Assembly: GCA_964016885.1 (NCBI GenBank)
Contig: OZ024741.1
Location: forward strand, 166,780,001 to 166,844,000
Reading direction: 5' to 3'
Source: Eledone cirrhosa
Taxonomy: Eukaryota
DNA: 64,000 bases
The notes under the pieces were generated by a model. The model was given only the letters and a program-made list of their open reading frames with translations. It ran no database searches and was not told the origin of the DNA. Position 1 is the stretch's first letter; each line of letters opens with the position of its first letter. The position numbers were made by a program, and so were the translations under genes. Below, one piece after another: positions 27,798-40,340 of the stretch.

Positions 27798-28160
27798 CTT
27801 ATACATATGATATAATATAATATATATGTTTGTATCTCTTTTATAGCTTAATGCAATGAATAAATCAATGATTATTGTAAAGATGTCCCGACCTCTGGGG
27901 CAATACGCAAACTGGTATAGTCTTCCCTCCTCCTCTCACAGTGCCATCTAAATGCTAAAGAGTAAGTAATAAATAGCGGAATTCCCCGAGAATAATTATA
28001 CAAGCAAGTTCTGCTCTCATTGCTGTTTAAGGTAGCTCAGCTGGCTGTGTGAACATCGACTCATCTTAAATATCTCCTCGACCAAGTTGTTTTTCAACGA
28101 ATTGGTCTGTATTCTGGTATTCAAGAAGGTAATGTAGACGGAATCACATGAAGTAAATTA

Positions 28161-28201
<41 letters not shown>

Positions 28202-28355
28202 AAATGATAATACAAGAACAGATAAAAGTGTAATTCAGCAGAGGTGATAGCTTGCAAAAGTGAAGCTGCTAAACAGATGTAAGTTTTGTTGCCTGTAAAG
28301 ATGACACAGCTACTAGCCATCTATCTAAATGTGTGTATGTATGTATGTATGTATG

Positions 28356-28389
<34 letters not shown>

Positions 28390-28393
28390 TGTA

Positions 28394-28424
<31 letters not shown>

Positions 28425-28499
28425 ATGTATGTATGTATGTGTGTATGTGTGTGTGTATGTATGTATGTATGTATGTATATATATATATATATATATATA

Positions 28500-28900
28500 G
28501 TGCAAATTTGGACGGGAACGAAACAGAGAGGCAGACAAATAAAGGTTTATTAGGTTCACGCTCTTGAGAGTGTGGTGGTGGTGTTGGTGGTGGGTGGTGG
28601 TGTTGGTGGTGGTGGGTGGTGGGGGGGGGGACGTTTCAGGCATAAGCCCTTCTTCAGGAGAAAATAGGTTAGGAAGAGAGTTCCGAGGTTGTGTGGAGGA
28701 GGGGTGGAAATACATTTAGAAAAAAAGGGGGAAGGACAACAAATAAAAATAAAAAATAAACATAAAAATAAACATAAGAATAAACAATAAAATGAACAAG
28801 TGGTGGAAGGGTGTGAGGCGTGTAAGGGTGGTGGCGGGTGGAGTTGGGAGAGGGAGGCGGAGGTTCGAAGCGGGGAAGGCTGAAGGTGGTGTTTGTGTGT
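28500..28900 (-). mobile_element. PLE-like 3' relic with minimal HHR core
   Basis: CTGAAGA A GGGC TTAT GCCT GAAA at 28634-28657 (minus). Homologous to 6320-6680. Confidence 0.55.
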
Positions 28901-28907
28901 ATATATA

Positions 28908-28958
<51 letters not shown>

Positions 28959-29134
28959 CTACTATACTACATCTCTTAACACGTCTTAAAGTTAGCTGCT
29001 ATCTAGATGTTATGGAGGCATGTTAGTACGGCATGATAGGGCTACGTCAAGATAGAGAGAGGTAGGCGGGGGGTGGTGCATAGTGGGTTATATAAACTTA
29101 CCTGAAGCTCTAAAGTATATTGACTGTACTGTAT

Positions 29135-29810
29135 TAGTGTTGGTGGTGGTGGTGATGGTAATGGTGGTAGTGCTATCAGTGGTAGTGGTGGTGGTGGTGG
29201 TGGTGGTGGTGCTTTGGTGCTAGTGGTTGTGCTAGTGGTGATGTCGGTCTGGTGGTGGTGGTGGTGGTGGTGGTGGTGGTGGTGATGGTGGTAGTGCTAT
29301 CAGTGGTAGTGGTGGTGGTGGTGGTGGTGGTGCTTTGGTGCTAGTGGTTGTGCTAGTGGTGATGTCGGTCTGGTGGTGGTGGTGGTGGTACTTTTGGTGG
29401 TAGTGGTTGTGTTAGTGGTGGAGGGGGTGGTGATGATATTGGTGTGATGGTGGTGGAGGGGGTCGTGATGATATTGGTGCGGTGGTGGTGGTGGTGGTGG
29501 TGGTGGTGATGGTGGAGGGGTGGGGGGTGGGGGTGATGATATTGGTGTGGTGGTGCTTTTGGTGGCAGTGGTGAAGGAGGTGGTGATGATGTTGGCGTGG
29601 TGGTGGTAGTGGTCGTGCTTTTGGTGGTTGTGGTTGTGTTAGTGGTGGAGGGGGTGGTGATGATATTGGTGTGGTGGTGGTGGTGGTGGTGGTGCTTTTT
29701 GTGGTAGTGGTTGTGTTAGTGGTGAAGGGGGTGGCGATGATGTCCGTCTGGTGGTGGTGGTGGTGGTGTTGGCGGTGGTGATGCTGATGGTAAAGGTAGT
29801 GGTGATGTGG
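29135..29810. repeat. (GGT)n-based minisatellite
   Basis: Direct reading. Confidence 0.9.
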
Positions 29811-29849
29811 CGTAGTGTGATACTAAAATTTTCAATTTTATTATAGTAA

Positions 29850-30020
29850 TATCAGCGTCGGACACCATGCTTTGTAGTATAGAGTTACGCCCCTTTACGG
29901 TCTGAGTTCAAATCCCGACGAGGTTAACTTTGCCTTTCATCCTTACGGGGTCGATAAAATAAAGTACCAGTAATGTACTGGGTCATTGCTGGCCTTGTGC
30001 CTAAAATAGAAACAATTATT
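29850..30020 (+). mobile_element. tRNA-derived SINE
   Basis: Same family. Confidence 0.85.
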
Positions 30021-30120
30021 ATAGAAGCTGGTCAAGGCACAGTTAGTAGAGAGAGGGTCTTGATAGTTTCATCCTCCATCTGAAATAAATATCAACATAT
30101 ACATAATTATGTATGTATGC

Positions 30121-30158
<38 letters not shown>

Positions 30159-30275
30159 TGATTAGTTAGCACCCCAAACACTAAATTGGGATAATACTTA
30201 GGTATATCCTAATGTCTGTTGAGTGAGATGGAGTTGGTCGCAGTATCGCTTAAGGCTTTCTCTGTTTATGTATTG

Positions 30276-30312
<37 letters not shown>

Positions 30313-30330
30313 GGAGAGAGAATGCTGTGA

Positions 30331-30940
30331 ATGGGATTTTCCCGCTATACAGGAGCAAATCACGGAATAGAAAAGACTAAGAGGAAGATAGGGAAGGCCA
30401 ACTCATGGTATGACAGCTCAAAATATTCGAGTGTCATGTTCTTCGGCGTTACCATTAGAGGCAAACTAACGTATCGATTCGGGAGGGCCTTAGATAAACT
30501 GAACCTAAGAATGAAAGTGGTGGAAAAGCCAGAAACTCCAATAAAATCCCTAATCTATAGGACATACCATTTTAAGAAAACCCTCTCTACTGATAGTAAC
30601 TGTATAGTGTTTAAACTGAAAAATTAGGAATGTAGTCTATAGGTAAAGGTGTACAGAGGGACGGTGCAGAAACATGACAATGACATATATAGGTGAGACA
30701 GCCCATAGCATAAGAGAGGGGGAGAAGGCTACACTGGTAAGAACTCAAAAAAGAGAAAAGCTCGTCAGTTTTATACCAAAATGACAAACTAGAGCATGGA
30801 GTCTCAATAGATAATATCGAAGTAAAGATCCTATCACCACACAGAACCAACACAACTCTTAGATAAATTATGGAGGCCAAACATATGATAGAGAGTAGAA
30901 CGAACCTCAACAGAAAACATGAATGGAATAGTAACACCCT
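30331..30940 (+). pseudogene. Penelope-like element GIY-YIG endonuclease relic
   Basis: KVVEKPETPIKSL..NVVYR*RC..C..TYIGETAHSIRE..H..SVLY..EVKIL..LR*IMEAKHM..LNRKHEW, with stops and frameshifts. Confidence 0.8.
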
Positions 30941-31429
30941 CACTCCGCAACCTAAATGGCTCTTCCAGCGCATTTTCCTTACCATCCTCCGGAGAAACGT
31001 CTTCTCCATTCTGTCCGCCGGAGCTGTGAGGCGACCAGCTAGTGGGACCCCATTTTCTCACTAAACTGAGAGATGGGGAGGGCGAGAGAGAGATGGAGGC
31101 CATGACAGTGGGAGTTGGCTCTTCCATGTTCAAACCTGGTGTGCAGCGTCAGTTGTCCGTAGGGAGGTAGTGATTTGTACTTAGCGAAGGTTCTTAGAAC
31201 CTTGTGTTTGCGATTCCTATATGTATTATTATATGTTTGGGTTCAGCGTAATCCTGTTACATTTTGGTTATTATGGTAGCCACCACACCTCAATAACCTA
31301 AAGACTGAGGACAGAATAAAAAAACAAAACAAAAAAAAACATAGGAAGACACGAGCAGAGAAGTATACAAACTCACACACGCACACAAGATACACATAGG
31401 AAAATATTGAACAGTACAGGAGTACTGTT

Positions 31430-31860
31430 TTTACACTGAAGAACGCAGATTTCAACTCGCCAATAACAACTCGAGCTATCATACTCATATAGAACTGGCA
31501 TAGAAGATTCACGAATTTAGGAGAACATCTCACAGAGGTTCTTGGTTCACTGTATCAAACGCCTTTGACAATTCTACATATGAAATGAACAGGCTTAATG
31601 TTGCTTCCTGCATTTCTACTGAATCTATCTCGCAACAAATATGTTTATTGTACTTAGGTCCAGGCGGAAGCTACACTCTGACGTTGTATGTTCACTGATA
31701 TTAATTGGATAAGCCCTGTAAGTATAACCTTGGCCAGGATCTTCCCACCAATGGACAGAAGTGTTCCTACTGTTTGAACAATACATTTGTCGCCCTTATT
31801 CTTATATATGGTAACAATGTTGGCATTTTTCCAGTGTTGAGGTACATATTTCTTGTTTCC
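31430..31860 (-). pseudogene. RTE-clade reverse transcriptase fragment
   Basis: NANIVTIYKNKGDK..LLSIGGKILAKVI..YVELSKAFDTVN..CSPKFVNLLCQF. Confidence 0.8.
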
Positions 31861-31932
31861 ATATTTCTGTAATGTAATGATGAAGTAATCAATGATTCAC
31901 ACACACACGGACACGCACGCACACACACGCAC

Positions 31933-31970
<38 letters not shown>

Positions 31971-31998
31971 CGACCACATACATATATATATGTATAAA

Positions 31999-32030
<32 letters not shown>

Positions 32031-32077
32031 CGTACATATATATATACATATATATATGTATACATACACACACACAC

Positions 32078-32179
<102 letters not shown>

Positions 32180-32338
32180 TATTTATTCCGGGTTGAATCG
32201 GAGGTAACCACAGTAAGTAAGGTACTCAATACATAACAGAGTATAAATGTTTTAATATAGAAGAGCTTCTACAGGACTAGAACTGTTTCATTCGTAAGAA
32301 ATCATCAGGTATATATATATATTTATATATATATATAT

Positions 32339-32539
32339 ATAGGAACGAGTAGGACCCCGACGGCTGAGCTCAAGCCGTTTCGACGGCTAATTCTGGACTC
32401 GTCCAGAATTAGCCGTCGAAGCGGCTTGAGCTCCGCCGTCGGGGTCCTACTCGTTCCTATTACCCACTCTACTACCCTAAGTATTGAGTACTTTGGTGCG
32501 TTATGGTCCACCTGGTTCCTTACCACATTTCCCTCGTTA
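32339..32539 (+). mobile_element. Hairpin element family A, copy 2
   Basis: Palindrome 32339-32460, loop tc, (TA)n on both sides. Confidence 0.85.
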
Positions 32540-32566
32540 TATATATATATATATATATATATACGC

Positions 32567-32654
<88 letters not shown>

Positions 32655-33211
32655 GCGTGTGTGTGTGCGTGCGTCTGCGTGTGTGTGAAATGTTTCGACA
32701 CCTACTGGCAGTATTGCTGGTCCATTCGGGGTCACAGTGTCGAACAACATAGTTAAATATATTTTACAAGCTTATGAAGAACTTTATGAAGCGAACTTCT
32801 TCTATGTGTCCCTTCAAGTCCAATTGCTCATATAGGTGTATATCACACATAAATATCTAGGAGTGAGAGACGAAAATTAGAAAAAAATGAATGAAAGAAA
32901 GAAAGAATGAAAGGGAAGTAATGAGGAGTGTGAAGCCGAAGAGGGTGGAACTAGAAGAGATAGATAAAAGACATTCCTAGTTCCTGTGCACTGGAATCTG
33001 ATATGTTTAGAAGCAACATGTTCAAAAGAAGAGGTTGCTGCGATAGAAACAACACAGAGAACTATAAATAATGGTAAAGTGAAAGGGGAGGGCTTTTGCG
33101 TTATGGAATATATAGAATGTGGCGAGAGAGAGAAGGAGAAAGAGATAGCGAGAAAAGAGGGCAGAGAGAGAGGGAGAGAGAGAGGTGGAGATAGATAGAG
33201 ATAGATAGATA

Positions 33212-35750
33212 TCTTTCTTTATTTGCCACAGGGGCGTACAAAAATGGGACATTACAAGACGTGACGGCGGGGGTTTTACATAAAAATCATATAAACTATA
33301 TATAATAAAATAACAATTGAAATCCCCAATAGGGGAGAACGTAGCTGCAGGGTTGTTTTACACCCCATAGATAGAACAACCCTCAACACCAAGAACACGT
33401 TTTGTAGGTGTTCCTGTCTTCCTCTGTTTATCTTCCTCAACCTACAGGTTTATATATACTCGGGCCATTTTCGCCACATTCCCTCACCTTTCAGCGAATT
33501 TACTGGGGTGTAGCACCTCTCTCTCCACTCTCACCTTCCTTCTGAAGGGGATAAGTTGTTGTCCGGAGAGAAAGGTGTTTGCCCTCATTCCTTTTAACCT
33601 CGTCCACCATATTACCTCTTTCGCCATAGCCACCAGACAGAGGAAAAACGCTTCTCCTTCATTTTTAAATGAAGGCGGAGGGGTGACAACCGGATGCGTC
33701 CCACACGTGACAGTAGCTGTTCGACATAATTCCACAGGTCGGTCAACCCTGGGCACTGAACAATTGCGTGCAGAATGGTTTCGATGTCCTGCTCGCATCT
33801 TGGACAGGTCCTGTTGGCAGGATCTCTGCCAGGGCGTCCGTGCCTGTAAATTTTGTCTCGAACTGGTAGAGCTCCTCGGTAGCACTGTCAGGCCAGAGAC
33901 CTCTGGAAGTTATCCAAAGTCCTCCCGAACAGACTGGTCAGTTCGTCCTCCTCGATGCCTAGAGTTTCCTCGAGAACGTCGTCGCACTTATCCTCCACTA
34001 ATCCCCTATAGAATGTCGAAGTGGAGTCTCCGCTGATTGCCGTTTCCGCTTGGTAGAGGGCTGTGAGCGCCTGTAGGCACTCGAGGTGCCAGGCACCCAT
34101 TTTCGGTCTTCGCTTGACCCAGGACAGCAGCTCTGTTAGTGAGACGAGTTCTGGAAGAGCTTGTCTCACAAACGACAGCCACAGCGGTTCACCGGTCAGG
34201 AATACTTGGAGATGGCGTAGCCTCAGCGCATGTTTGCGCATCTTCAGCCACGGCATGCTCAGCCCTCCGCTAGAAGGGTGTTAACAGCAGATGGATCTCC
34301 TCACCAATGGAGCCTGTTTCTTCCAGAGGAACTTGAAGAGTAGGCGTTCCATTTTGGTGAGCTATTCGCGGGGGCAAGGCACGACTGTCAAGCGGTAGTA
34401 GATGACGGACGTTATATAAGTGTTCGCCACCTCCGCTCGACCTTTCGAGGAGAGTTTGCACTCAGCCCACTTCTGGCTGAGTGCAAACGCCTTCACCGTG
34501 ACCTCGTTCCAGTTCTTGTCCACCTGGAGGTCTGGACCAAACCAGACCCCGAGCAATTTCACCGGTCCTTCCGTCCAGCGTCCAACGACACTATCGGAAG
34601 GCATGGGTTTGCCTCTCCATGTGCCGAGTTACAAACCGACAAACTTGTTTGGGTTTAGTCATGCTCCTGTCAACGTTTCGTATTCCTGTAATAGGTTGCC
34701 GATTACCCCGGTTTCCGAGGTTTTCGACACTATTACCGTTGTCGTCAGCATAGGCCGACACTGCTTTCTGCAGTCCTGGTTCGATCGGGATGCCCTGCAA
34801 CAGCTCTAACTTCCGCAGTAACGGCTCGAGAGTCAGTACATACAGAATGGAGGAGAGAGGGCATCCCTGACGGATGGAACGCATGATTTGGAATGGCTCC
34901 GATAGGTAGTCATTCACCTTGACTGCTGAGCAGATACTGGTGTGCATGGCAGCAATCCAGCCTCTGAAGAAGGAAACGAAGCCGAGAACGGCTTCCAAGT
35001 ATTGATGGTTGACCCTATCAAATGCCTTAGACTGATCTAAATTGATCAGAGCCCCACCGAAGCCAGGTTTACACCCTACCCTCTCTATGAGGTATCGCAT
35101 GAGGTGTAGGTTGTCGTGTATGGACCTAGTCGGGATTGCATACATTTGCGCTTCCCCTACCAGGTTCTCGACGACAAGCGCCAGCCTCGCTGCTAACACC
35201 TTGGCCAAAATCTTTAACTCTGTGTTGAGCAGAGTTATGGGCCTGGAATTGCTTATTTCATCCCCCTTGTTCTCATCTTTGCTGATCAGCGTTACTTCGC
35301 CTTTGCCTACAGAACTGGGAATCCTCCCGTTCTGCTGCCAGATGCAGTAGACCGCTTCGAGGATGCCAGAGAACAAGTCTGGCATGCCTATGTAAAACTC
35401 ATAGGGTAGACCATCTAAACCGGGTGATTTGCGTTTCCCGCAGCGGCCTAGGGCATCTTCTATTTCTCCCGCTGGGATCGGCCTTTCCCAGCTCTCTGCA
35501 TCCGTGCTTGAGAGTCGCGGTACGCCATCAAGGTAGGAGCTGAAGTCCATCACCTCGCTCGACGTACCATTTTCCCCGAACAGTTGTGTAAAATGCTGCT
35601 GGAAGGCCGCGCACATCTGCTTGGATTCAAGTATAATGCGTCCATCTTTGTCTTGCGAAGACCGAACTGTGGATTTGTTGCCACTTTTCACCTCTGCCAC
35701 TCGGGCCCAGCTTTGGCTCCCTCGTTTCTTAGAGCACGTGTTCTACTTCT
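33212..35750 (-). mobile_element. 5'-truncated, frameshifted Tx1-like LINE
   Basis: ORF pieces 34591..35700 (RT, YADD), 34362..34604, 33888..34256 and 33484..33885. 3' end gcccctgtggcaaataaa followed by (TCTA)/(TC) repeats. Confidence 0.92.
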
Positions 35751-35790
35751 GACAATACTTCTAGAAGTGCAGTTACTGCTGGACGTCGTC

Positions 35791-35937
35791 AAAGAAGAAG
35801 AAGAAGAAGAAGAAGAAGAAGAAGAAGAAGAAGAAGAAGAAGAAGAAGAAGAAGAAGAAGAAGAAGAAGAAGAAGAAGAAGAAGAAGAAGAAGAAGAAGA
35901 AGAAGAAGAAGAAGAAGAAGAAGAAGAAGAAGAAGAA
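35791..35937. repeat. (GAA)n microsatellite
   Basis: Direct reading. Confidence 0.98.
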
Positions 35938-36119
35938 CAACAACAACAACAATAACAACAACAACACTAGCAACAACAGCAATAACGACAAAGCGAAAAC
36001 GAAGAACATGAAGCTTTGTTGAAATCTAAAAGGTGATGTGATGCTCAAACGAAGCTGCTATAAGATTATATACAGGATAAAAGCCAGGCAGGGTCTGAGA
36101 ATGTGAGAATATGGACATC

Positions 36120-36312
36120 TTATTGGATTGGCAGTAGCGGTAGAGGGTCGGACGCCATGCTTTGCAGCAAAAAGTTACGGCCCTTTATGGTCTGAGTTCA
36201 AATCCCGCCGAGGTTAACTTTGCCTTTCATCCTTACGGGGTCGATAAAATAAAGTACCAGTAATACACTGAGATAATTGCTGGCCTTGTACCAAAAGTAG
36301 AAATAATTATTA
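36120..36312 (+). mobile_element. tRNA-derived SINE
   Basis: Same family. Confidence 0.85.
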
Positions 36313-36639
36313 TCTTTCTCTCTCTTTAAGATGATAATCTTGAAATTAATAACAATCTTTGCTGCCCGCAATACAGACTAATGGAAGAAGGAGTAAATAC
36401 CAATGCTGTTGAAACCTCCAGTGCATATGTTCCCACACATCGCTGTCCTTCTCTATCAAACCACGATGAGGGCATCACGCCAGAGGAAAGAGCTGAATGG
36501 AGATGGAATGGCTGATACAGCAGATATCTTGGTTGTTCTTTGTGACGATGCTTTTGCCATCATGTCAATGGTGCATAGCTAAGATATGCTATTCAACTGA
36601 GAGTGTCGAGATTTATTTATTTATTTTGCTGTATATTTG

Positions 36640-37990
36640 AAATGCAGAGTTCATTCGCTACCAGTCAAGGTCCACTTCACAACACTATTCAATCAACGTG
36701 TTAGCATTAACAAAAAATCATTTAAGGGCGTCAGTTTTTATTATCTTTATTACACACGTCGGTTTATCTTTGTCCTTCTCCACTTTTTGTGTATCCATGT
36801 TATCTGTCAAATCTACTAATTCTTCAGTAAAAAGTTCCCCTTTCTCGCTATCTATCAATAATCAATTGTATAATGTTATCTTCCGTAACCACATACAATC
36901 CAGCCCCTCCTGCCAATTTCGAAAATTCTTCTATGACTGTAGCGTTCTCCTCTACCGACTCCAATCCTTCAAAATTGTTCTTTGATTCAGGTAAAGAATT
37001 TCCTTCCTTCCAAACTACATTTTGTAGTTTGTGATAGAGCTTTACTTGTCGATCTCAATATAATGGACGGCATTTAAAATGTTAAATTACCACCCGTAAT
37101 ATTTTACAGTTATATCAGGGTTTAAGTCTAATACACTGACTATTTTAGTAATTCCTGGGAGCAATACCCCCTTCAGAAATGTTATGCGCTGGGCCATCGG
37201 CTAGAGAACAGATATGTCTAGAGGCACGTAAGCTACCTTTAATTTAAACATCATTTGAACTTCAAGATCTGAAGGATTCTTATTATAACATAACAACTCC
37301 CCTTTAAAATGGTACTCTACTGTATGATCAGTAAAGTCTTTGGAACAAAGGGGAAACAAACACTGATTATAGTCACTATTATGTAATAAAATATCACTTG
37401 AAGTAGATACATTTAAAATGTTAAATGACCAGCCGTAATATATAATTGTAATAACAGTTATATCAAGGTTTGTGTCTAATACATTGACCATTTGCTTTTA
37501 AATTCCTGGGGGCAATACGCCTTAAGAGTTATTACGCCTTGGTGCATCGGCTGGGGAAGAGATGTGTTTAGAAGAATGCAAGCTACGTATATTTTAAACG
37601 TCATTTGATCTTCAAGGCCTGAAAGATGGCTCGAAGTGTTGTCTTACAAAAGAACAGCGTTGGATGTTAAACTATTGTCAATGTAAAAGTTTTTCAAAAC
37701 AACGCAAAAAACTCACAAATATTCTGTTCTGGATAGAATTCTTTATTTGCGATTGGTTCAGTTTTCCTAAGAATTAGTTATGCAAATAAAAAACGCTTCG
37801 TTCGGATGATCAAGGTAAATCTTATACAACAAAGAATTTCGTAGAAGCGAAATGAGATCATGTTTGTAAATATGCACTTCCTCACTGATTGGACCAAATT
37901 GTACCGATTGCGCAGCGAAGAAAATTTGAACTAGAGCAATTTTCAAACCCGCGTAAATCAAACCGGTGAAAAGTCAGCCTACCTGTTTCT
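36640..37990 (-). mobile_element. Decayed pogo/Tigger-like relic, copy 2, with an internal older duplication
   Basis: Reverse complement of 1363-2093. 37410-37620 is a diverged repeat of 37070-37275. Confidence 0.45.
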
Positions 37991-38008
37991 GTCTGTGTAC
38001 GTGCGCGC

Positions 38009-38066
<58 letters not shown>

Positions 38067-38104
38067 GTGAAAGATGGTCGGCTGTACAAGAAGGGTTTTA
38101 TTTA

Positions 38105-38219
38105 CAGTATTAACAATTGTTTCATTGATCAGGTGAGTCTAAAGGCCGCTAATCACTCGAAGTTGCATTACTCGACCTTAAATACAGTCTGTGTCTCTGA
38201 TCAAACCATCGGAATACTG
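38105..38219 (-). ncRNA. Degenerate type-I hammerhead motif
   Basis: cagtatt CCGATGG [ttgatcag..ctgatcaa] GAAA caattg TT aatactg. All three helices present; two core substitutions. Confidence 0.55.
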
Positions 38220-38220
38220 C

Positions 38221-38272
<52 letters not shown>

Positions 38273-38277
<5 letters not shown>

Positions 38278-38471
38278 AACCAGTAAGACCCCGACGGCTG
38301 AGCTCAAGCCGTTTCGACGGCTAATTCCGGACCTAATTCTGGCTCCAGAATTAGCCGCCGAAACGGCTTGAGCTTAGCCGTCGGGGTCTTACTGGTTCCT
38401 ATTACCCACTCTACTACCCTAAGTATTGAGTACTTTGGTGCGTTATGGTCCACCTGACCACATTTCCTTCG
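38273..38471 (+). mobile_element. Hairpin element family A, copy 3
   Basis: Palindrome 38273-38402 with mirrored variant ggaaccagtaagacc / ggtcttactggttcc. Confidence 0.85.
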
Positions 38472-38507
38472 ATATATATATATATATATATATACATATA
38501 TATATAC

Positions 38508-38600
<93 letters not shown>

Positions 38601-38967
38601 AGTGTGTGTTTGTATATGATCACACATACACACATATGGTTGTTGTGGTGATGGTTGCTGACGTAACTATATAGTGAAGGTGGTAGCATAGTGGTGAGGA
38701 TGGTGGCTATGATGATGATGATGATGATAACGATGATTGCGCACAAGGTAGTAAAGAGGCTCAAATTACATTGATACACATCAGAAATAAACAGATGGCT
38801 CACTCACGTACACTTTTACACACACTCACACACTTACTCACTCGCACTCACACACTCTTTGACACATACACACACACATACACTCACTCACAAACACTGA
38901 CACATATGAGAAGTAGAGGGAGAGAGGGCGATGATGGAGATAGATAGATATGTAAATAGCTAGCTAG

Positions 38968-39004
<37 letters not shown>

Positions 39005-39007
<3 letters not shown>

Positions 39008-39206
39008 CGAAGGAAATGTGGTAAGGAATCAGGTGGACCATAACGCACCAAAGTACTCAATACTTAGGGTAGTAGAGTGGGTAATAGGTACGAGTAGGAC
39101 CCCGACGGCTGAGCTCAAGCCGTTTCGACGGCTAATTCTGGACTTTTTTTAGTCCAGAATTAGCCGTCGAAACGGCTTGAGCTCAGCCGTCGGGGTCCTA
39201 CTCGTA

Positions 39207-39211
<5 letters not shown>
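39005..39211 (-). mobile_element. Hairpin element family A, copy 4
   Basis: Palindrome 39084-39211 with mirrored variant ggtacgag / ctcgtacc and a T-rich loop. Confidence 0.85.
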
Positions 39212-39258
<47 letters not shown>

Positions 39259-39268
39259 TATATATATA

Positions 39269-39366
39269 TAGGGTGTCCCCCCAAAATGTATACACACTTC
39301 AACTGCATTCTAATAAATATTGCCTGTACAGGTAATCAAAATGTGTATATATTTTTAGGGGATTCC

Positions 39367-39370
<4 letters not shown>
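39269..39370. mobile_element. Small Tc1/mariner-type MITE
   Basis: Imperfect TIRs tagggtgtcccc..aaaatgtatacac / gtgtatatattttt.gggg.ttccatg within TA context. Confidence 0.45.
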
Positions 39371-39405
<35 letters not shown>

Positions 39406-39452
39406 GAAATACCAATGATGGTTGGAAGATCACTGATGAAGGATTAACTTTA

Positions 39453-39503
<51 letters not shown>

Positions 39504-39705
39504 ATATATAATATAATTGTTTCTACTTTTGGCACAAGGCCACCAATTATCCCAATTATATGAAGTCTGATAGTATACAGTTATATAACTGCCATAGATC
39601 AGTCAATATGTCAATATGATCAACCCTCCGAAACGATCGTAAAACAATGATATGAATAGGTAAAATAACTTGATGTTGTTATTATTTTCATTGTTAAATT
39701 AATAT

Positions 39706-39779
<74 letters not shown>

Positions 39780-40287
39780 GCGAAAGAAAGAGGGACCGTC
39801 GTCTTGTAACTGTCTCCAGTTTCTTCCCAGTTGTCTCCCTGTTAATATTTGCTTCATTACATCTTTGTATAGAGGTGGTAGGAGATGATTGGAAGAATGG
39901 GTGAAGTGTGTGTGTCTGGTGATGTGAGAGAGAGAGAGAGAGAGGGAGAGGGGAGAGGGAGAGAGGGGGAGGAGAGATGGAGAGAGAGGAGAGAGAAAAT
40001 GAGGGTAAGGGAGTGTTCTGAGAGAGAGGGGGTAGAGAGAAAGAATGAGGGTGAGAGAGTGTGAGAAAGAGAGAGAAAGAATGAGGGTAAGGGAGTGTGT
40101 GAGAGAGAGAATGAGGGTAAGGGAGTGTGTGTGTGAGAGAGAGGGGGAGAGAGAGAAAGAATGAGGGTGAGAGAGTGTGTGAGAGAGAGAGAAAGAATGA
40201 TTGTGAGAGAGAAAGAGTGAAATGAGGAAAAGGAGAGGGAGAGAGAGATAGAGAGAGAGAGATAGATAGAGAGAGAGAGAGAGATAT

Positions 40288-40330
<43 letters not shown>

Positions 40331-40340
40331 TAGATAGATA

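Noticed and set aside
35584-36048. Poly-Glu and poly-Phe ORFs
   Set aside because: (GAA)n microsatellite adjacent to a truncated LINE.
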